Assembly: GCA_008632985.1 (NCBI GenBank)
Contig: QPGO01000002.1
Span: 186,001-250,000, forward strand
Direction: 5' to 3'
Source: Psammoneis japonica
Taxonomy: Eukaryota
Length of the DNA stretch: 64,000 nt
Shown: piece after piece, positions 24,891 to 37,353 of the stretch
Position numbering within the stretch: position 1 is the stretch's first letter
How the letters are laid out: each line of letters begins with the position of its first letter
Position numbers and translations under genes: made by a program
The notes under the pieces: model-generated
The model's database searches: none
The model's input: the letters and a program-made list of their open reading frames with translations, nothing else
What the model was told of the DNA's origin: nothing

Positions 24891-25676
24891 TCAACAAGCG
24901 GCTTCCTGTTCCGTAGTCGCGTGTGTATCTTCAAGAACTCCAACAAAGTGCGTAACGATACCATGGTCATTAATAAGCGGAGCAACGCGAATGTAATTCT
25001 CAAAGAACTCGCCGTCTCGGTTACGATTCGTAAGATAGGTCGCAACGGGTTGATTGGACCGCAGCTTTTGTTCCATGCTCTCGAGCGACGGCCCTTGTGT
25101 AAAGGAGCCTTGAATACCAAGAGACGAAAAGGTCTCTCCTCGAGCTTCTTGCTGAGAATATCCGCATAAGTCTTCCCAGCAGTGATTGACCCTCACGATC
25201 GTGAATGGATAATCGGCTTGGGTCACAACCACAGCATTCGAAAAGCCCCATTCATGCTCATCCTTCATGGCTTCCATGGCTTCCTCTACTGATCTGGGAA
25301 AGGACGAAAAGTCGCCGATATCGGAAGTGAATTTGTCGTGGAAACGAGCACGAATACGAATGCGGGCGCCTTCAAGTAAAGAATTATCAGGCTCCCTTTT
25401 CATGGTGTAGCCAGCCATTGCAATGTTGCTACCCGCACTAGCCATGGATGCGACAGAATACTTCTTGACCACTGAATCGTGAAGTCGGCGTCGTGCGGCA
25501 TCTAAGTTTGTCTTGGCTGGGATGAATGATGCGGCAATAGAATGCTTTTCGTGTTTGGGTTGCTCCATGACGCTCACAGTAGGAAACTTGGCTTTGAATC
25601 CTGCTCGCAGACGAAGACGAGCGGCTTCCAGAGCCGCCGACTGCTTCATAAGTCGAGATGTCATGCAAGTCATCAT
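24891..25676 (-). CDS. PAS (LOV-like) domain protein
   Basis: C-terminal AVVVT..PFTIVRVN..WEDLCGYS..E..G..LTNRNRDGEFFENYIRVAPL..VTHFVGVL; lacks the NCRFLQ cysteine. Confidence 0.85.
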   Translation of the reverse strand: MMTCMTSRLMKQSAALEAARLRLRAGFKAKFPTVSVMEQPKHEKHSIAASFIPAKTNLDAARRRLHDSVVKKYSVASMASAGSNIAMAGYTMKREPDNSLLEGARIRIRARFHDKFTSDIGDFSSFPRSVEEAMEAMKDEHEWGFSNAVVVTQADYPFTIVRVNHCWEDLCGYSQQEARGETFSSLGIQGSFTQGPSLESMEQKLRSNQPVATYLTNRNRDGEFFENYIRVAPLINDHGIVTHFVGVLEDTHATTEQEAAC

Positions 25677-25971
25677 TGTCTTTTCCGCTGTGTTGCCACG
25701 AATTATGAGAAGAATAGTGTCAGTCGGTTCGAATAGCGGAGAGGAAGGATGGTGTCAAAAAGTGACGCCTGGTGTCATTGCGGTTTTCGTTTTTGATATT
25801 TTTAGTCGTGGATGAAATGCCACCAAAGTCGACAGACAAACAAACACCGAAACTTGCCGCCGACGAAGAAAAAGTACGTCACCGCAAACAACCAACAACA
25901 TGCCATGAAGCGAACGGCAAAACAATCAGGTGTTGTTTAGTTCAACTCGCACTGCACAGTAGAAAAGTGTC

Positions 25972-27737
25972 ATGCCGTCCAAGCCGAAAAAGATCATCAA
26001 CGATCCAGCCGATTCTGTCGATGAATTTATTGCTGGTCTACTTTTGCAATATCCGACTCGCCTCGTGAAATTGAAAAATCATCATGTTGTGCTCAAGAGC
26101 AACTTGAAGGCTGGAACGGGCGTTCAGATTCTCAGTGGCGGCGGTAGCGGACATGAACCGAGTCATGCAGGATGGATAGGTGACGGTATGCTCAGTGGAG
26201 CCATTCTAGGAGGAATCTTTGCGTCTCCCTCTGTCGCCGCCGTCTTGGCTGCAATTCGTGCCGCTTCGTGTGGGAAAACAAATCCCGTTCTGCTAGTGGT
26301 GAAGAATTACACGGGCGACCGTTTGAACTTTGGAATGGCATGTGAGCGAGCCAATTCGGAAGGCATTTCCTGCCAAATGGTGGTCGTAGCCGACGATACG
26401 GCCTTGGAGAGAACCAAGGGTATCACTGGAGCTCGAGGCGTTGCCGGAACCGTTCTTGTTCACAAGATTGCAGGAGCGGCGGCTGCCGAAGGGAAATCTT
26501 TACAGGACGTGGCAAACTTGGCTACGTTGACTGCAAAGCATATGGAACGTTGGGTGTGGCACTTGATGCAGTCACGGTGCCTGGTGCAGCGGCGGTCAAC
26601 GATCGTCTGGACGATGATAACACGATTGAAATTGGTCTCGGAATTCATGGCGAAGCTGGAATGAAGCAGTCCGCGCTTTTGACGAGCAACGAACTTGCAA
26701 AGGAAATGATTGATACGATTCACAAGTATGGACGTGTCGATGAATCGGAAGCAGTCGTTCCCATGTTTGAAAAAGGAGACGATCTCTGTGTCCTCGTCAA
26801 CAATTTGGGTGGGACGTCTAATTTCGAAATTTCAATCTTGACCAACTCCGTTTTGGACTATCTGGAAACGCAACATGGTTGCACAGTGACTCGTATTTTT
26901 GTAGGTAGCTACATGACTTCATTTGATATGCATGGTGCGTCCGTCACAGTCTTGAATCTGTCCTCATCAAACGTCACGGAGCTACTTGATGCCGATACCA
27001 CAGCTTTGGCGTGGTCGCCGTGTGATGTCTGGAACAAAAATAGCGCTCGTCCGTCCTTGACGGAGCTTCCCGAAGTTTCGATTGATGTCACAGTAGAAAC
27101 CAGTGAGTTGCCGCCCATTGAGATTGACAATTTTGAAGCAACCGCCTCTGCAATGGTTACAGCCGCGGCTAAGGCACTAGTGGAGTCGGAGCCGCTCTTG
27201 ACCAAATACGATACTATTGTCGGCGACGGTGACTGCGGCATTACAATGAAACGAGGTGCTATGCAGCTCTTGGAAGGATTAGAAGCCAACACTCTGAATA
27301 CTACGCATCCAGTTCTACTATTTAGTTCCATGGGGGACGCTGTCTCCGCCAGCATGGGAGGGACATCAGGTGTATTGTTGGAACTTATGCTGCGAAAGAT
27401 CAGCTCAACCCTTGCCAGATCTGTCAAGATTGATTTGGATACCATGTGTCAAGCGTTTTATGAAGGTGTTCAAGTGGTATCGCTTTACGGAGGGGCGACT
27501 ATTGGTTCTCGTACAATGCTTGATTCCATGATGCCCGCCGCTGACGCCTTGGTGGAGACCAAGTCCCTGGTCTCCGCAGCAACCAAAGCACGACAAGGCG
27601 CTGATGGAACTGCCAAAATGGGTGTTGCGAATGCCGGGCGGTCAAATTATCTTTCGGAAGAAACCCTTGCAGGCACGCCTGATCCGGGAGCTGTAGCCGC
27701 GGCTGTCGTGCTGGAAGCCTTGAGCAAAGCATTGTAA
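25972..27737 (+). CDS. DAK: Dihydroxyacetone kinase / triokinase (Dak1+Dak2)
   Basis: SGGGSGHEP, VKNYTGDRLNFG, GLGIHGEAG, GDGDCG, MGGTSG, GRSNY, PDPGA; one frameshift near 26548 (probably a missing G). Confidence 0.95.
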
Positions 27738-27879
27738 GAAATTTGCCTTAAAAGTTGACGTTACTAATCATTACAAGCTACACTCCGTCTCTTGTCGTTA
27801 CTTTGTCGCCACCGCTTTCTACACATCCTTGTAATTGCACTTCTTCCTCATCCGAAACCCCTTTTTCTATGCTTTCCAC

Positions 27880-30130
27880 GCGTGCCCAGCCGTGTTTCTG
27901 TCTTGAAACCAGGCTTCAAGAGTTCACGCTGCAGTTTGCACTGTGTGGTCCATCCATTGGCTCCAATGGATGAAGTGGGCAGCACAGCTTCAACCCAATG
28001 CCAGGGTCTTGATGGGTTGTGTTTGAAGTTGACCTGAGAATGATCCACACAACACTGGTGGAAATGAGGGCAAGCGCATGACAAGACATGTCAGTTTGGT
28101 CTTCTGTGCAGATTGTGACCCAAAGCACTGTTTGAACAACATGATGTGTGGCACCCAACGAAGGGGTCATGGCTGGTCATGTGTGAAGCTGGTCACCCAC
28201 ATTTGACATGAGAGCATTGACAGACATCAAGCTGGGGAGTGGTGGAAATGAGTGCAGGTGCAACAGATTTGTCAATGCAGCCTCGCACTCACATCAAAAA
28301 TGTTTTGTCATGAGAAAATTTTGTGTGTGTGGCTGGGGCCAATTGGAGAAATTGGGCACTTGCACAACATGAGAATGATGCACACAAGAAACTTGGGTTT
28401 GGCAAAAATCAGAGCATCAGAGTCTCAGAGAAGTGAGGGGTGTGATGCCATCAAGGAAATCTTGTGTGGCAGCTTGAGTGTGTGCTTCCAGACGGTTGAG
28501 CAGCAACAGCTGTCAGCAGCAAATGCAAACAAAATGTTTGAAGTGGACCCTCTGGATGTGTGCACAGGTTGGTTGGTTTGCAGACAAAATGCTTTGATTG
28601 CTGCAATGGTTGCTCTGGTTGCTCCTGCTGCTGACTGGCTTTTTTGCTTGTTTGAGCCCTTTGGCTTGGGTGAGCGAGTGCCCCCCCTTTGCACAAAGCT
28701 CTGCTCCTGTCCTCTGCTTCTTCCTTGCTCCCATGGAGGTTTTTTCATGTGCTCTCTCTTTCCCTTCCTGGTTCTGCACTTGACCACTTTGCCCTCTCAT
28801 TTCCCCAGGCATTTTTGACCTGCTCTCTTGCATCTTTTTGTCTTGGTTGGCCACTTGGCCAGCTCTCATCATGGGATTTCTTCCAACGACCCCAGCTGGA
28901 GTTCTCCAGTGCTCAACAGACTGAAGGCTCTTTGTTGTTTGCAACAGTGAGCTTGCTTGTGCCAACCCTGTCATCCAACCACTTCTGCTGGGCACAAGCA
29001 GAAAAGAGGCAACATGTCCTCAGGTGTCATCTGCGCGCAGCAAACATGTGCAGGGCGGGAAGGTGGTTGGCAGATGGCTGCAGCATGTGCGTGCAGCCAG
29101 CACACCATCATTCTCTTGTCAACTCATCTGTCCATGGAGCTCAGCAGGTTTGCTCACATTGCACCCTGTTCATTGTCACATGGCCAAAAATGTGCGCTCA
29201 AGTGGCGCAGCCTTGCTGTGCTGCTTGCTTGGTTGAAGAATGGCTGTCCGCAGCAAGTGCAAAGACAAAAAATGTCATTTGAGGTGGACCTTCCAAATGT
29301 GCGGGCAGACCCATTGACTTGCAAACAAAACACTTCAACTGCTGTGGTGGTCACCCTGGTTGCTCCTGCTGCTGCCTTCAGCTGGTGACTTGGAGCCCCT
29401 TGGGTGAGAGAGAGAGAGAGAGAGAGAGACAAGAGAGAGAGAGAGAAAGCCTGCACCCACCCCCACAACATGCTGCCATGCTTTGGCTGCAACAGCAACA
29501 AGCTGCAGTCATCAGACACATGACGTGTCTTGCCTTTTCAAATGATTCAGAAAAAACAGGTGGCGAGCAACAAAGCAGTCCAAAACAATGCAGGGATCAA
29601 CACACACAACACCTTCTTGTTGCTCTGTTGCCTGGTCAAGGTCTTGTGTCTCCTCCTGATTGCTTGGCTTGCTGGCGTGTCATTTTTTGGGATGCTTCTT
29701 TGCATCTCTGTCCATCCCTTCCTTGCTCCCATGTTTGTTTCTCCATGTGCTCTCTCTCTCTCTCTCTGCCTTCCCAGCTCTGTGCTTGAACACTTTGTCT
29801 TTGCTGTTTTCCCCAAGGCGCTCTTGACCTGCTCACATCACTGGCTTGCCCCTGGCTTGGCCAACTCTCTCACTGCAAAGTTTGTTTTCTTCCCAGCGAC
29901 CCCAGTTCTTGTTCTCCAGCACCAACAGACAACAGACCAAAGGCCCATTGTCTCGCTTGCAGCGCGCGCGCAAGACATCCTTCTCTCGTCTATCCGTCTG
30001 TCCACGGGGTTCGGGTTCGCTCACATCACACCGTTCATCGCACCGAACGTGCGTTCGAGTGTCGAGGGCATGCACTCGCATTGCACACAAAAATACAAAA
30101 CGCTTGACACGTTGACAAGACCGGAGAAGC
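27880..30130. mobile_element. TpA/CpG-depleted repeat-derived insert with an internal duplication
   Basis: TG/CA-rich; 28530-28900 resembles 29270-29400 plus 29640-29920; (GA)n at about 29405-29446. Confidence 0.55.
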
Positions 30131-30367
30131 ATCACGCTTGCTGCTATCAACACCAACCTAAACCGACAAAGCTCGTACATTCATTCACTTACGCACCACT
30201 CTATTGAACAAGAGAGTCTTACTGTCGCCCTATTCATTTGGAAACAACCAAAGAAACAAAGTACCGCTACTGTTCGTCTAAACTGCTTCTTTTCCCCAGA
30301 ATCGAATCGTAAACGCTCCCCGAAACTTTCAAATACAACACCAACTCGACAACCGTAATCAATCACC

Positions 30368-30919
30368 ATGGCAGAGACTGTTGTACGTACAGCTACAGCG
30401 GAATACGATGCACTTCAGGAACGGATCGACCGGGCCGCTCGGGTCGACGCTGCTTCTCGTCGTGCGGTTGAATTGGTACAGCATTACAGCGAAATCGATC
30501 CTCGCGACGGAGACGAAAACAATCCATGGCGCAATCCTCAGCAGATTTTCGATGAGCTCCATCAAGCTCGTCAAGATATTGTAGATGCTTGGGCCTCTGG
30601 CGGCCAACACAAGAGTAGCGGCGATCATGTTCCTCATCATCACGCAGCTGATAGGGGTTCGGATGAGAGCTTTCGTGCTATTTACATTGGTATGATTACG
30701 GATGCATTTGCCGAGGAGCTCGAAGCTATGAGGAATGAAGGTGGCCAGGAGATTGATGTCGACGTTCTCGTTGAATGTCTCCAATCCGGAATGGAGCTCT
30801 TAGACAGGGATGAGCGAGAGCTTCTGAAGCTCGATCACGACGAGGCATCAAAGCAGGGTCTCGACAAGGGTCTTTCGCCGCATGAGCTTCGCCAGAGGCA
30901 GCTAGGCTTTCATTTCTGA
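30368..30919 (+). CDS. Hypothetical protein with an RSA3-like (ribosome assembly protein 3) C-terminal motif
   Basis: 183-aa ORF; FRAIYIGMITDAFAEELEAMR..DVLVECLQSG resembles the RSA3 motif (from memory). Confidence 0.6.
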   Translation: MAETVVRTATAEYDALQERIDRAARVDAASRRAVELVQHYSEIDPRDGDENNPWRNPQQIFDELHQARQDIVDAWASGGQHKSSGDHVPHHHAADRGSDESFRAIYIGMITDAFAEELEAMRNEGGQEIDVDVLVECLQSGMELLDRDERELLKLDHDEASKQGLDKGLSPHELRQRQLGFHF

Positions 30920-31049
30920 ATGATTCATTCTCAGTATTCTGAATTTTCTGTGTAAGTTTGGTTCTACTTTTAAGTTTGTAGCGTTGGGATTGCTCGTCAC
31001 CCTCCATAAGAGGTGTAGTTCGTAGTCCCATTGCCCCATATTGTTTCAA

Positions 31050-31710
31050 AAGTATTTATCATAATGGTAACATGGCATATCATAGTAGTCGGCTTTGCTA
31101 CTCTGCACCGTTAGTCAAAAAAGCCTATAACTACGAATTGTCCGCGTCGGCGAGGAACCGGGCGGTGGTTTGCTGGCTCGAAACAGCCACACGACGTAGC
31201 CTGATGCAATGGGGGAAAGGAAGAATCAAACAGTCATATCTATCCGTGACTTTCTTACCAGAGTCTTTAAGATAATGGTTTGGTTCGTACCAGTTGATGG
31301 ATCATTCATGACCACAGCGCGACACTAGACAAAACAGTTTGAAAATAATTTTATAGTGTGAGGGCGGAAAATCAATGCTGGATGGTTGAGAGTGATAAAA
31401 AGCAACCCAATTCTCTTGCTTGGGGTGCAGCATGTCAGCAAATACTTGAAGGTATGCCCGCCTCTGCCCAACCCAAATCAAACAAGCCTGAAACCCAGAG
31501 AAAACTGCATCAGAACAAGCAAGCTGGTTTTGGCAAATGCTGTGCGGTCACATTGAAAGCATGAAAAGGCCACCCAATTCACTCATCTGGGTGGCACATC
31601 AACTGCTCAAGCTGTGCCACCTCCATTAAACCCAAATGCAATGAGGGCACTCACATCACTGAAAGAAACTTGCCAAATGCCCAAATGGTGGTCGCACACA
31701 AATGTTCAAT
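31050..31710. repeat. Diverged direct duplicate of 39060-39705
   Basis: Shared blocks GCCTGATGCAATGGGG, GATGGATCATTCATGACCA, AACCCAATTCTCTT, GTCACATTGAAA, CAAATGTTC. Confidence 0.85.
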
Positions 31711-34180
31711 GAGCACAGTCCACAAGGGAGGGGGGCGGCAGAATGTTTTGTGGCTCTGTCTCAGGGAGCCAACCCTTGCTTGCCTTGCAAAGCTTCCAGT
31801 GACATTCACCATTCAATCATGTCAGAAAGAGTGCAGAATTTGATGGCTGCACCCCTGAGGAAGGCCACACAATATTCAAAAAAGCACTCTGACAAGACAG
31901 GCGAAGCACTCCATGATGCTCTTGCAGAGGACATCTGCACCATGAAGGGTGCAACCGCCAAGGACAAAGTGGCAGCACCAATGCCAGCAAAGTCAGCTTT
32001 TCATGAAAAAATGCATGGCAATGGACATGCATGATGGGCACAACTGACAGTTCTTGAAGAGCACAACAAAAACTTGGCTCAAAAGGAGCCAGGCCAGTGC
32101 AAGAGCCTGCAATGTCGGAAATGTCGCAAATTGTCATGGAAGTGTGCACTCACTGCCAAAGAACATTGTGGACATTGCAAGCAACTCCAGAGTCCATGAG
32201 GGGCATTGGATCTGCTCATGAGCTGCTCAACATGCAGAGGACAGTGGCACACCTGACACTCTTTTGGGGAATTTGGTGCTTGCAACATGTCAAGCATCTG
32301 GGTTCTGTTGCATTTAATGGTTGCTGGCTTGTCTCTGTTTCATGCCTGTGTTGAGCAGGTTGCACGAACAACAAGGGCGGTCATGAGAATGGACCCAGCA
32401 AGTCACGCCTGGTGCGCACACATTGTTGTCGGAGAGCAACCAAGTTTGGTGACCTCATGTGTCTTGGTGGCAGGGGGGCAATGTCAAAATGGGCTCTTGT
32501 CAGCTTGCAAAGTCAATTGCTTGCAAAAGGAGGGCACTGAAGATTCATTGCATGGCAATGCAAAATTGCATTTGAGAGATGACACATGGTTCTCATGACA
32601 AAATCCACTGACTGGCAAGCAACCTCCAATGTTGAGAGCAGATGACACTCTTCCAGATCTGTTGAATGATTGTGCATCCACAACAGACTTGAAAAGGCTG
32701 TCAACCAAGGAGGCAAAGGCTCATGACATCAGTCTTTTGCATGACAAAGCAAAGCACAAGAGCCCATCTGCTGAAAGAGAGAGACAATCCATGGCGTGCA
32801 ACAATGACAGTGTGGCAAATTGTGTGCAAGCAACACAAGTGGCTCTAGAGCCAACACCCTCATCATCAACCATTGGCCCAGTCAGAATGGCATCTGACAT
32901 TTGACACACACCAAGAGCACAGCATCTCCCAAAGAGCACAGGGCAGATGTCATTGCCATCAAAGCAATTTTTTCCCATTCTTTGGTTTCAACCCTTTCAA
33001 ATTGCTTCATCCAAAGGGTGGCGCCAACAGAGTCGAGGGGAAAAAGATGCCAATTGGACCTGCATCATGTCTTGATCATTTTGAGAACAGCAGTCACCCC
33101 GGTGCTCTTGTCCATTCTTGTGAACAGCCCAAGGAGGAGGAGATGGCAAAAAACGGATTTGGAAAAAGTCAATTGCGCCAAATGCACAAATTGCCAAATG
33201 ATGGGAATCGAACCAGCACGGAGCACCTGGAGCTGGAACAGGCCTGCAATGGACAGCCCAAGGAGGTGATGTCATGGCAGCTGGAGTCCATGCAAGCAAA
33301 ACAGCCTGACAATTGTGGCCAAGGGAGCATGAGGGCAGAAAACTCAGATGAGGTCCCACAAAGAAATGGACGTTGCCCATTGTCAGAAGCAGGGGATTCA
33401 TGTGCAATTGTCAAAAAAACAAAATGACCACATGAGCAATCTGCAACCACCAGCGATGCCCAGCCAAAAAGAAAGCCAGGATGCATTGTTGTCACAAACA
33501 GCACTGCAACAACAACACAAATTGCAATGGCTTGTGTGAAGCATGTGGTGCATCTGATGCACTCTGGTGCAGGACAGTCTGCCTGCATTTTGTGGATCAC
33601 TTGCCAGTGCTTCCTGGCAATCCAAGTGCCAACCATTTAAAAACTCATGTGGAAAAAAGCAGTGGGTTCATTGGGAGACTGCTGATCATCTTGGGTTTTG
33701 AATGGTCAGGTGCTGGACTGATCACCTTGCACAACCTTGACTGCGTTGCAATCAGCACAAAATGGAGCACATGAAGCCAGCAACTCTTGATGTGATGGCA
33801 CCAACATCTGATGGAACGACAGCAATGGAAAAGGTGGCAGTTGACCCCTTGTTGGCTCCTGCAACTCTTGGTGCTTTGAGTTTCAATGCACTGACAAAGG
33901 GCACTCACATGTCCAGCAGAAATGGTGCAGAGCGCGAAAAGCTTTGTTGATGCTGCAATCCCAGATTTCTCTTGTAAAGGAGCAGCTTCTGGAATCATGC
34001 AACTGGCTAAAAAGTTCAAAGCTCAGTGTGTGGGGATGAGACGAGCGCATCCAAGCCACCCAAAATCGATTTGCTCAATTTGAGCCCAATTGAAGTCAAA
34101 TGATGGACTGGATTTGGAAGACTTAAAGTGCCTGTTGTGCTGCAGCATCATTTGTTGTGAGGGCAACTTTGACGAGATGG
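31380..34180. mobile_element. TpA/CpG-depleted degenerate block
   Basis: Same composition as 1-7810; Tyr-poor spurious ORFs. Confidence 0.5.
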
Positions 34181-34200
34181 CAGAGACTAATACAACTAAC

Positions 34201-37182
34201 TTATTCTAGAGACGACTGGTTGGATGGTTTGTCAAGAAGCATGTCCAGCTGCTCTCTCGCTTCTTCATACAGCAACTTCTCTTTGCGCATAAAACGAAGC
34301 ATGTTTAGCTCAGTCCGTGAAAGTGACTCAAGGGGAACTTCATTGCGCATCCCCAACCTGTGCTTGCCAAGAACTTCATGCCGGTGGATCCTTTCGTCAA
34401 GAAACTTCCTGAGCAGATCGTAACCATCTACAACATCTCTGCTTTCATCTTGTGCTTTCTCCATCTCTGCCTTGATTATGAGGAATTTGGCAACCTTGTC
34501 GAGCGAGTCGCCATGGATGCCCCCAATACAGAAAGAAGGACTTAGAGAGTCGACGTCGATCTCCGAAAGTCGTTTCAAACAATCTTCTGTTTCATTTTGC
34601 GAGAGAATCAACGTTGGAATCGATAAGCTGTCGACAAGCGCGCAATCATAACTGTTGTTCTCCAACAGGAAGCCGTGATGTGTCATATACACGTAGTTTG
34701 ACTGCGCGTAGTTTTCCTCGACGCGGTCTCCTTCGTTAAAGCTACGTGGGGCCGTCGACACACTCGCCGTTCCTTCATCGTTCAGCTTCACGTCGTGCTC
34801 CCACATGAGTTCCCCGTCGTCATTGGGACGCTCATCGCAATTGATGTTATCAACCAGGGGATGCAAGTGCGATTCGACGTTCAAGGGGATTCCACGCGTA
34901 CGGTGAATATTGAAAGCCCAAATATATTTCTCCATATCAAGCATGATAGAAGGTCCCATAGCTTCAACTAGATCCACGTTCGTGGACAACATCTCGAAGA
35001 TATCACGAGCATGCTTCTGGCGATTCAACATGTAGCCTCGAGTATCAGATCCGGCTAGCATCTCCAATTGCTCCTTTCTTAAGAAGAACGGATACATCAC
35101 TTTCACTTCTTCCGGCGATGGAATCAAGTTTAGATATGGCCACCACCGACTCTCCTCCCGTAAAACAAAGTACTCATACATCAGAAATATCTCTAAGCAG
35201 TGCTCACAATCGTTCTCTCGATCCATCGTTTGCACCACAGCCTCAAGCGCTGGGTTTTTTGGAAAGGATAGATGATGTCGACTTACAGTACCGGAGATGG
35301 GGTATGAGAAGTAAACCTCACCTTGCTTGATTTTCTCCTTGGCAACAACTCCAGCCCTCATACCACTGTCGCCAATAAACCTCACTTCGACTTTTGACAC
35401 ATTTGGAGAAAACGATTCAATAAACGAGTTGAAAGAATCAATATCGGTTTGAGTGAGGCGTCTTGGAGAACCATCTTCGACAGGAACAGTACGACAAAAC
35501 CCTGTTTCGCTCCCACTACATTGGTCGATCGAATCTTCTTCATTGTCCGCCGCTGAGAAACCTTTAGCCAGTAGAGTGAGAACGTGCTTGTCAATAATGC
35601 GTAATTGGATTGCAACGTTTGCTCGCTCAATACTAACCCCTTCAGGTATCCAGGTGGAAAGGGAAGCGAAGTACTCAATGTCCTGTTCCAAAATTGTTTT
35701 CGCCGAGTCCAGCAGCCTTCTCGCTGCTCCCTGCAGCATTTTGTGCACTCGTTCCTCCGCGCCTTGATATCGAGTACATAGCGCTCGCACCAGCTCACGG
35801 TCGGGTTCTTCATGGTCAAGGGCCTCAAAGCACGGTCTATCCGGCCCATCGTCGTCACGTAACATTGCTATCATGGCCAAGCGACCCGCATCGCGATTGC
35901 TTGACAAAGTTCCATCCGCCCGAACCCAAACATGTTCGGGTACGAAATCGTCGCGAGTTGCGTTCCTGAGATAGTAATTGCTTGAGTCCTTCTCTCCATC
36001 CCATAAGTATGACGTTGGAATAGTTACGTAGTGGTGTTGGGTAATGTAGGGGCCTTCTGGATCCGTGTATTCGTCAGGAATGAATCCACCAGTTTCCACA
36101 AAATGACCAACAAGAACGGGGCCGTAGTCTTCAAAGATTTGCTGGTTCGGTAGCACCGGGCGATCTGCACGAACGTTGTAGACCGTGTTGTCCTCATTAA
36201 AGTTGTGATAGAGCCCAAACGGACCATGGTAGTATATGTTACCGTCTTTTGTCAGAGAGCCGGCTGGAGGTGATGGCGAGTGGTTCAGCAGGTCTGCCAT
36301 GGGCATCATCACGTGCACCGGGCCTCCATCCATGCTCATGACGCGAGACTCCACAATGGCGAAAAAGTGGTGGAAGTCCAACCAAACAAAAGAGCAAAAG
36401 ACACCATCCATGGGTATGTTCTGTTCATTTTCCCTGTCCAGGTTAGCCCTTCCCTTTGTGAGTACATCCCACAACCCTAGAGCTTCAATTTCAGAGAAAG
36501 CCGACCTTAGTACCTCCTTTCGATCAACAACTGTCTGCTTCATGTAAGAAAACGTGTCAATGTTTTCAAGCAGAAGAGAATCCCATTCGAGTTCGCTAAA
36601 CGTGTCAAACCTCGGAGCCAATGTCTGCGGGAGAATATCCAAGTAGGGAGCAAAGTCAGAAGTAGAATGAAAGCACTGCTCAATCATCAATCGAATAGCC
36701 AAGATGATGTTTTGCTGGGTTTCTTGTTCCAGAGCGGATAAGATGCTACCGAACTTGTCAATAATTGTTTCATTCGATGAAGATTCCGGCGTATCTTGAA
36801 CTTCTTTTTCGTTCGATGCTTCGATCCATTTCTCGAATGCTTCAACTGTTTCGTTGGCGTGCACAAAGAGCTTCTCGGGGACTGATAATAGAACGTCTAG
36901 CTGCTGGATTGCCGACGTTTGACTCCTATTCTTCTCTGCGCCCGGAATCGTCGGTTTTGCCACCAACCCCAAGCCATTGTAGTCTTTCAGAGCTTCAATG
37001 CCAACCGACGGAGAGATGAGTCCTCCGTTTCCCTCAAACCAATAGCGAAAGATATCTACCTTCTCTTCCACTGATGTGCCGGATGCATCGCCTTCAGCTA
37101 AAGCAACGGAGGATACACCGAAGAACGCGAGGCACAGAAAGAGGCAGAAGAAGAATGGACTCATTGGTTTTGATACAAGCAT
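34201..37182 (-). CDS. Secretory-pathway tandem SET-domain (Rubisco LSMT/SETD3-like) lysine methyltransferase
   Basis: Intact ORF; signal peptide-like MLVSKPMSPFFFCLFLCLAFFGVSSVALA; SET1 GLGLVA..FAPYLDILP..MPMADLLNHS..IFEDYG; SET2 MRAGVVA..SRWWPYLNLIP..PLVDNINC..ENYAQSNYVYMTHHGF. The ORF track extends to a non-ATG start at 37305. Confidence 0.9.
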   Translation of the reverse strand: MLVSKPMSPFFFCLFLCLAFFGVSSVALAEGDASGTSVEEKVDIFRYWFEGNGGLISPSVGIEALKDYNGLGLVAKPTIPGAEKNRSQTSAIQQLDVLLSVPEKLFVHANETVEAFEKWIEASNEKEVQDTPESSSNETIIDKFGSILSALEQETQQNIILAIRLMIEQCFHSTSDFAPYLDILPQTLAPRFDTFSELEWDSLLLENIDTFSYMKQTVVDRKEVLRSAFSEIEALGLWDVLTKGRANLDRENEQNIPMDGVFCSFVWLDFHHFFAIVESRVMSMDGGPVHVMMPMADLLNHSPSPPAGSLTKDGNIYYHGPFGLYHNFNEDNTVYNVRADRPVLPNQQIFEDYGPVLVGHFVETGGFIPDEYTDPEGPYITQHHYVTIPTSYLWDGEKDSSNYYLRNATRDDFVPEHVWVRADGTLSSNRDAGRLAMIAMLRDDDGPDRPCFEALDHEEPDRELVRALCTRYQGAEERVHKMLQGAARRLLDSAKTILEQDIEYFASLSTWIPEGVSIERANVAIQLRIIDKHVLTLLAKGFSAADNEEDSIDQCSGSETGFCRTVPVEDGSPRRLTQTDIDSFNSFIESFSPNVSKVEVRFIGDSGMRAGVVAKEKIKQGEVYFSYPISGTVSRHHLSFPKNPALEAVVQTMDRENDCEHCLEIFLMYEYFVLREESRWWPYLNLIPSPEEVKVMYPFFLRKEQLEMLAGSDTRGYMLNRQKHARDIFEMLSTNVDLVEAMGPSIMLDMEKYIWAFNIHRTRGIPLNVESHLHPLVDNINCDERPNDDGELMWEHDVKLNDEGTASVSTAPRSFNEGDRVEENYAQSNYVYMTHHGFLLENNSYDCALVDSLSIPTLILSQNETEDCLKRLSEIDVDSLSPSFCIGGIHGDSLDKVAKFLIIKAEMEKAQDESRDVVDGYDLLRKFLDERIHRHEVLGKHRLGMRNEVPLESLSRTELNMLRFMRKEKLLYEEAREQLDMLLDKPSNQSSLE

Positions 37183-37353
37183 TTTGTTTATATGGTTTTT
37201 ATGTTGCTTGTTCTCTCTCTCTCCACTCTCCGCCCGCCACTCAATAACAACGATTGACATCATTCCTGCCATGTATAAAAATTTGCATCTACTGCTTTCG
37301 TCCAATTTGAATTGATGGGACGAAGTGGGAGAGAATGGCTCTGCCTAATGGAC

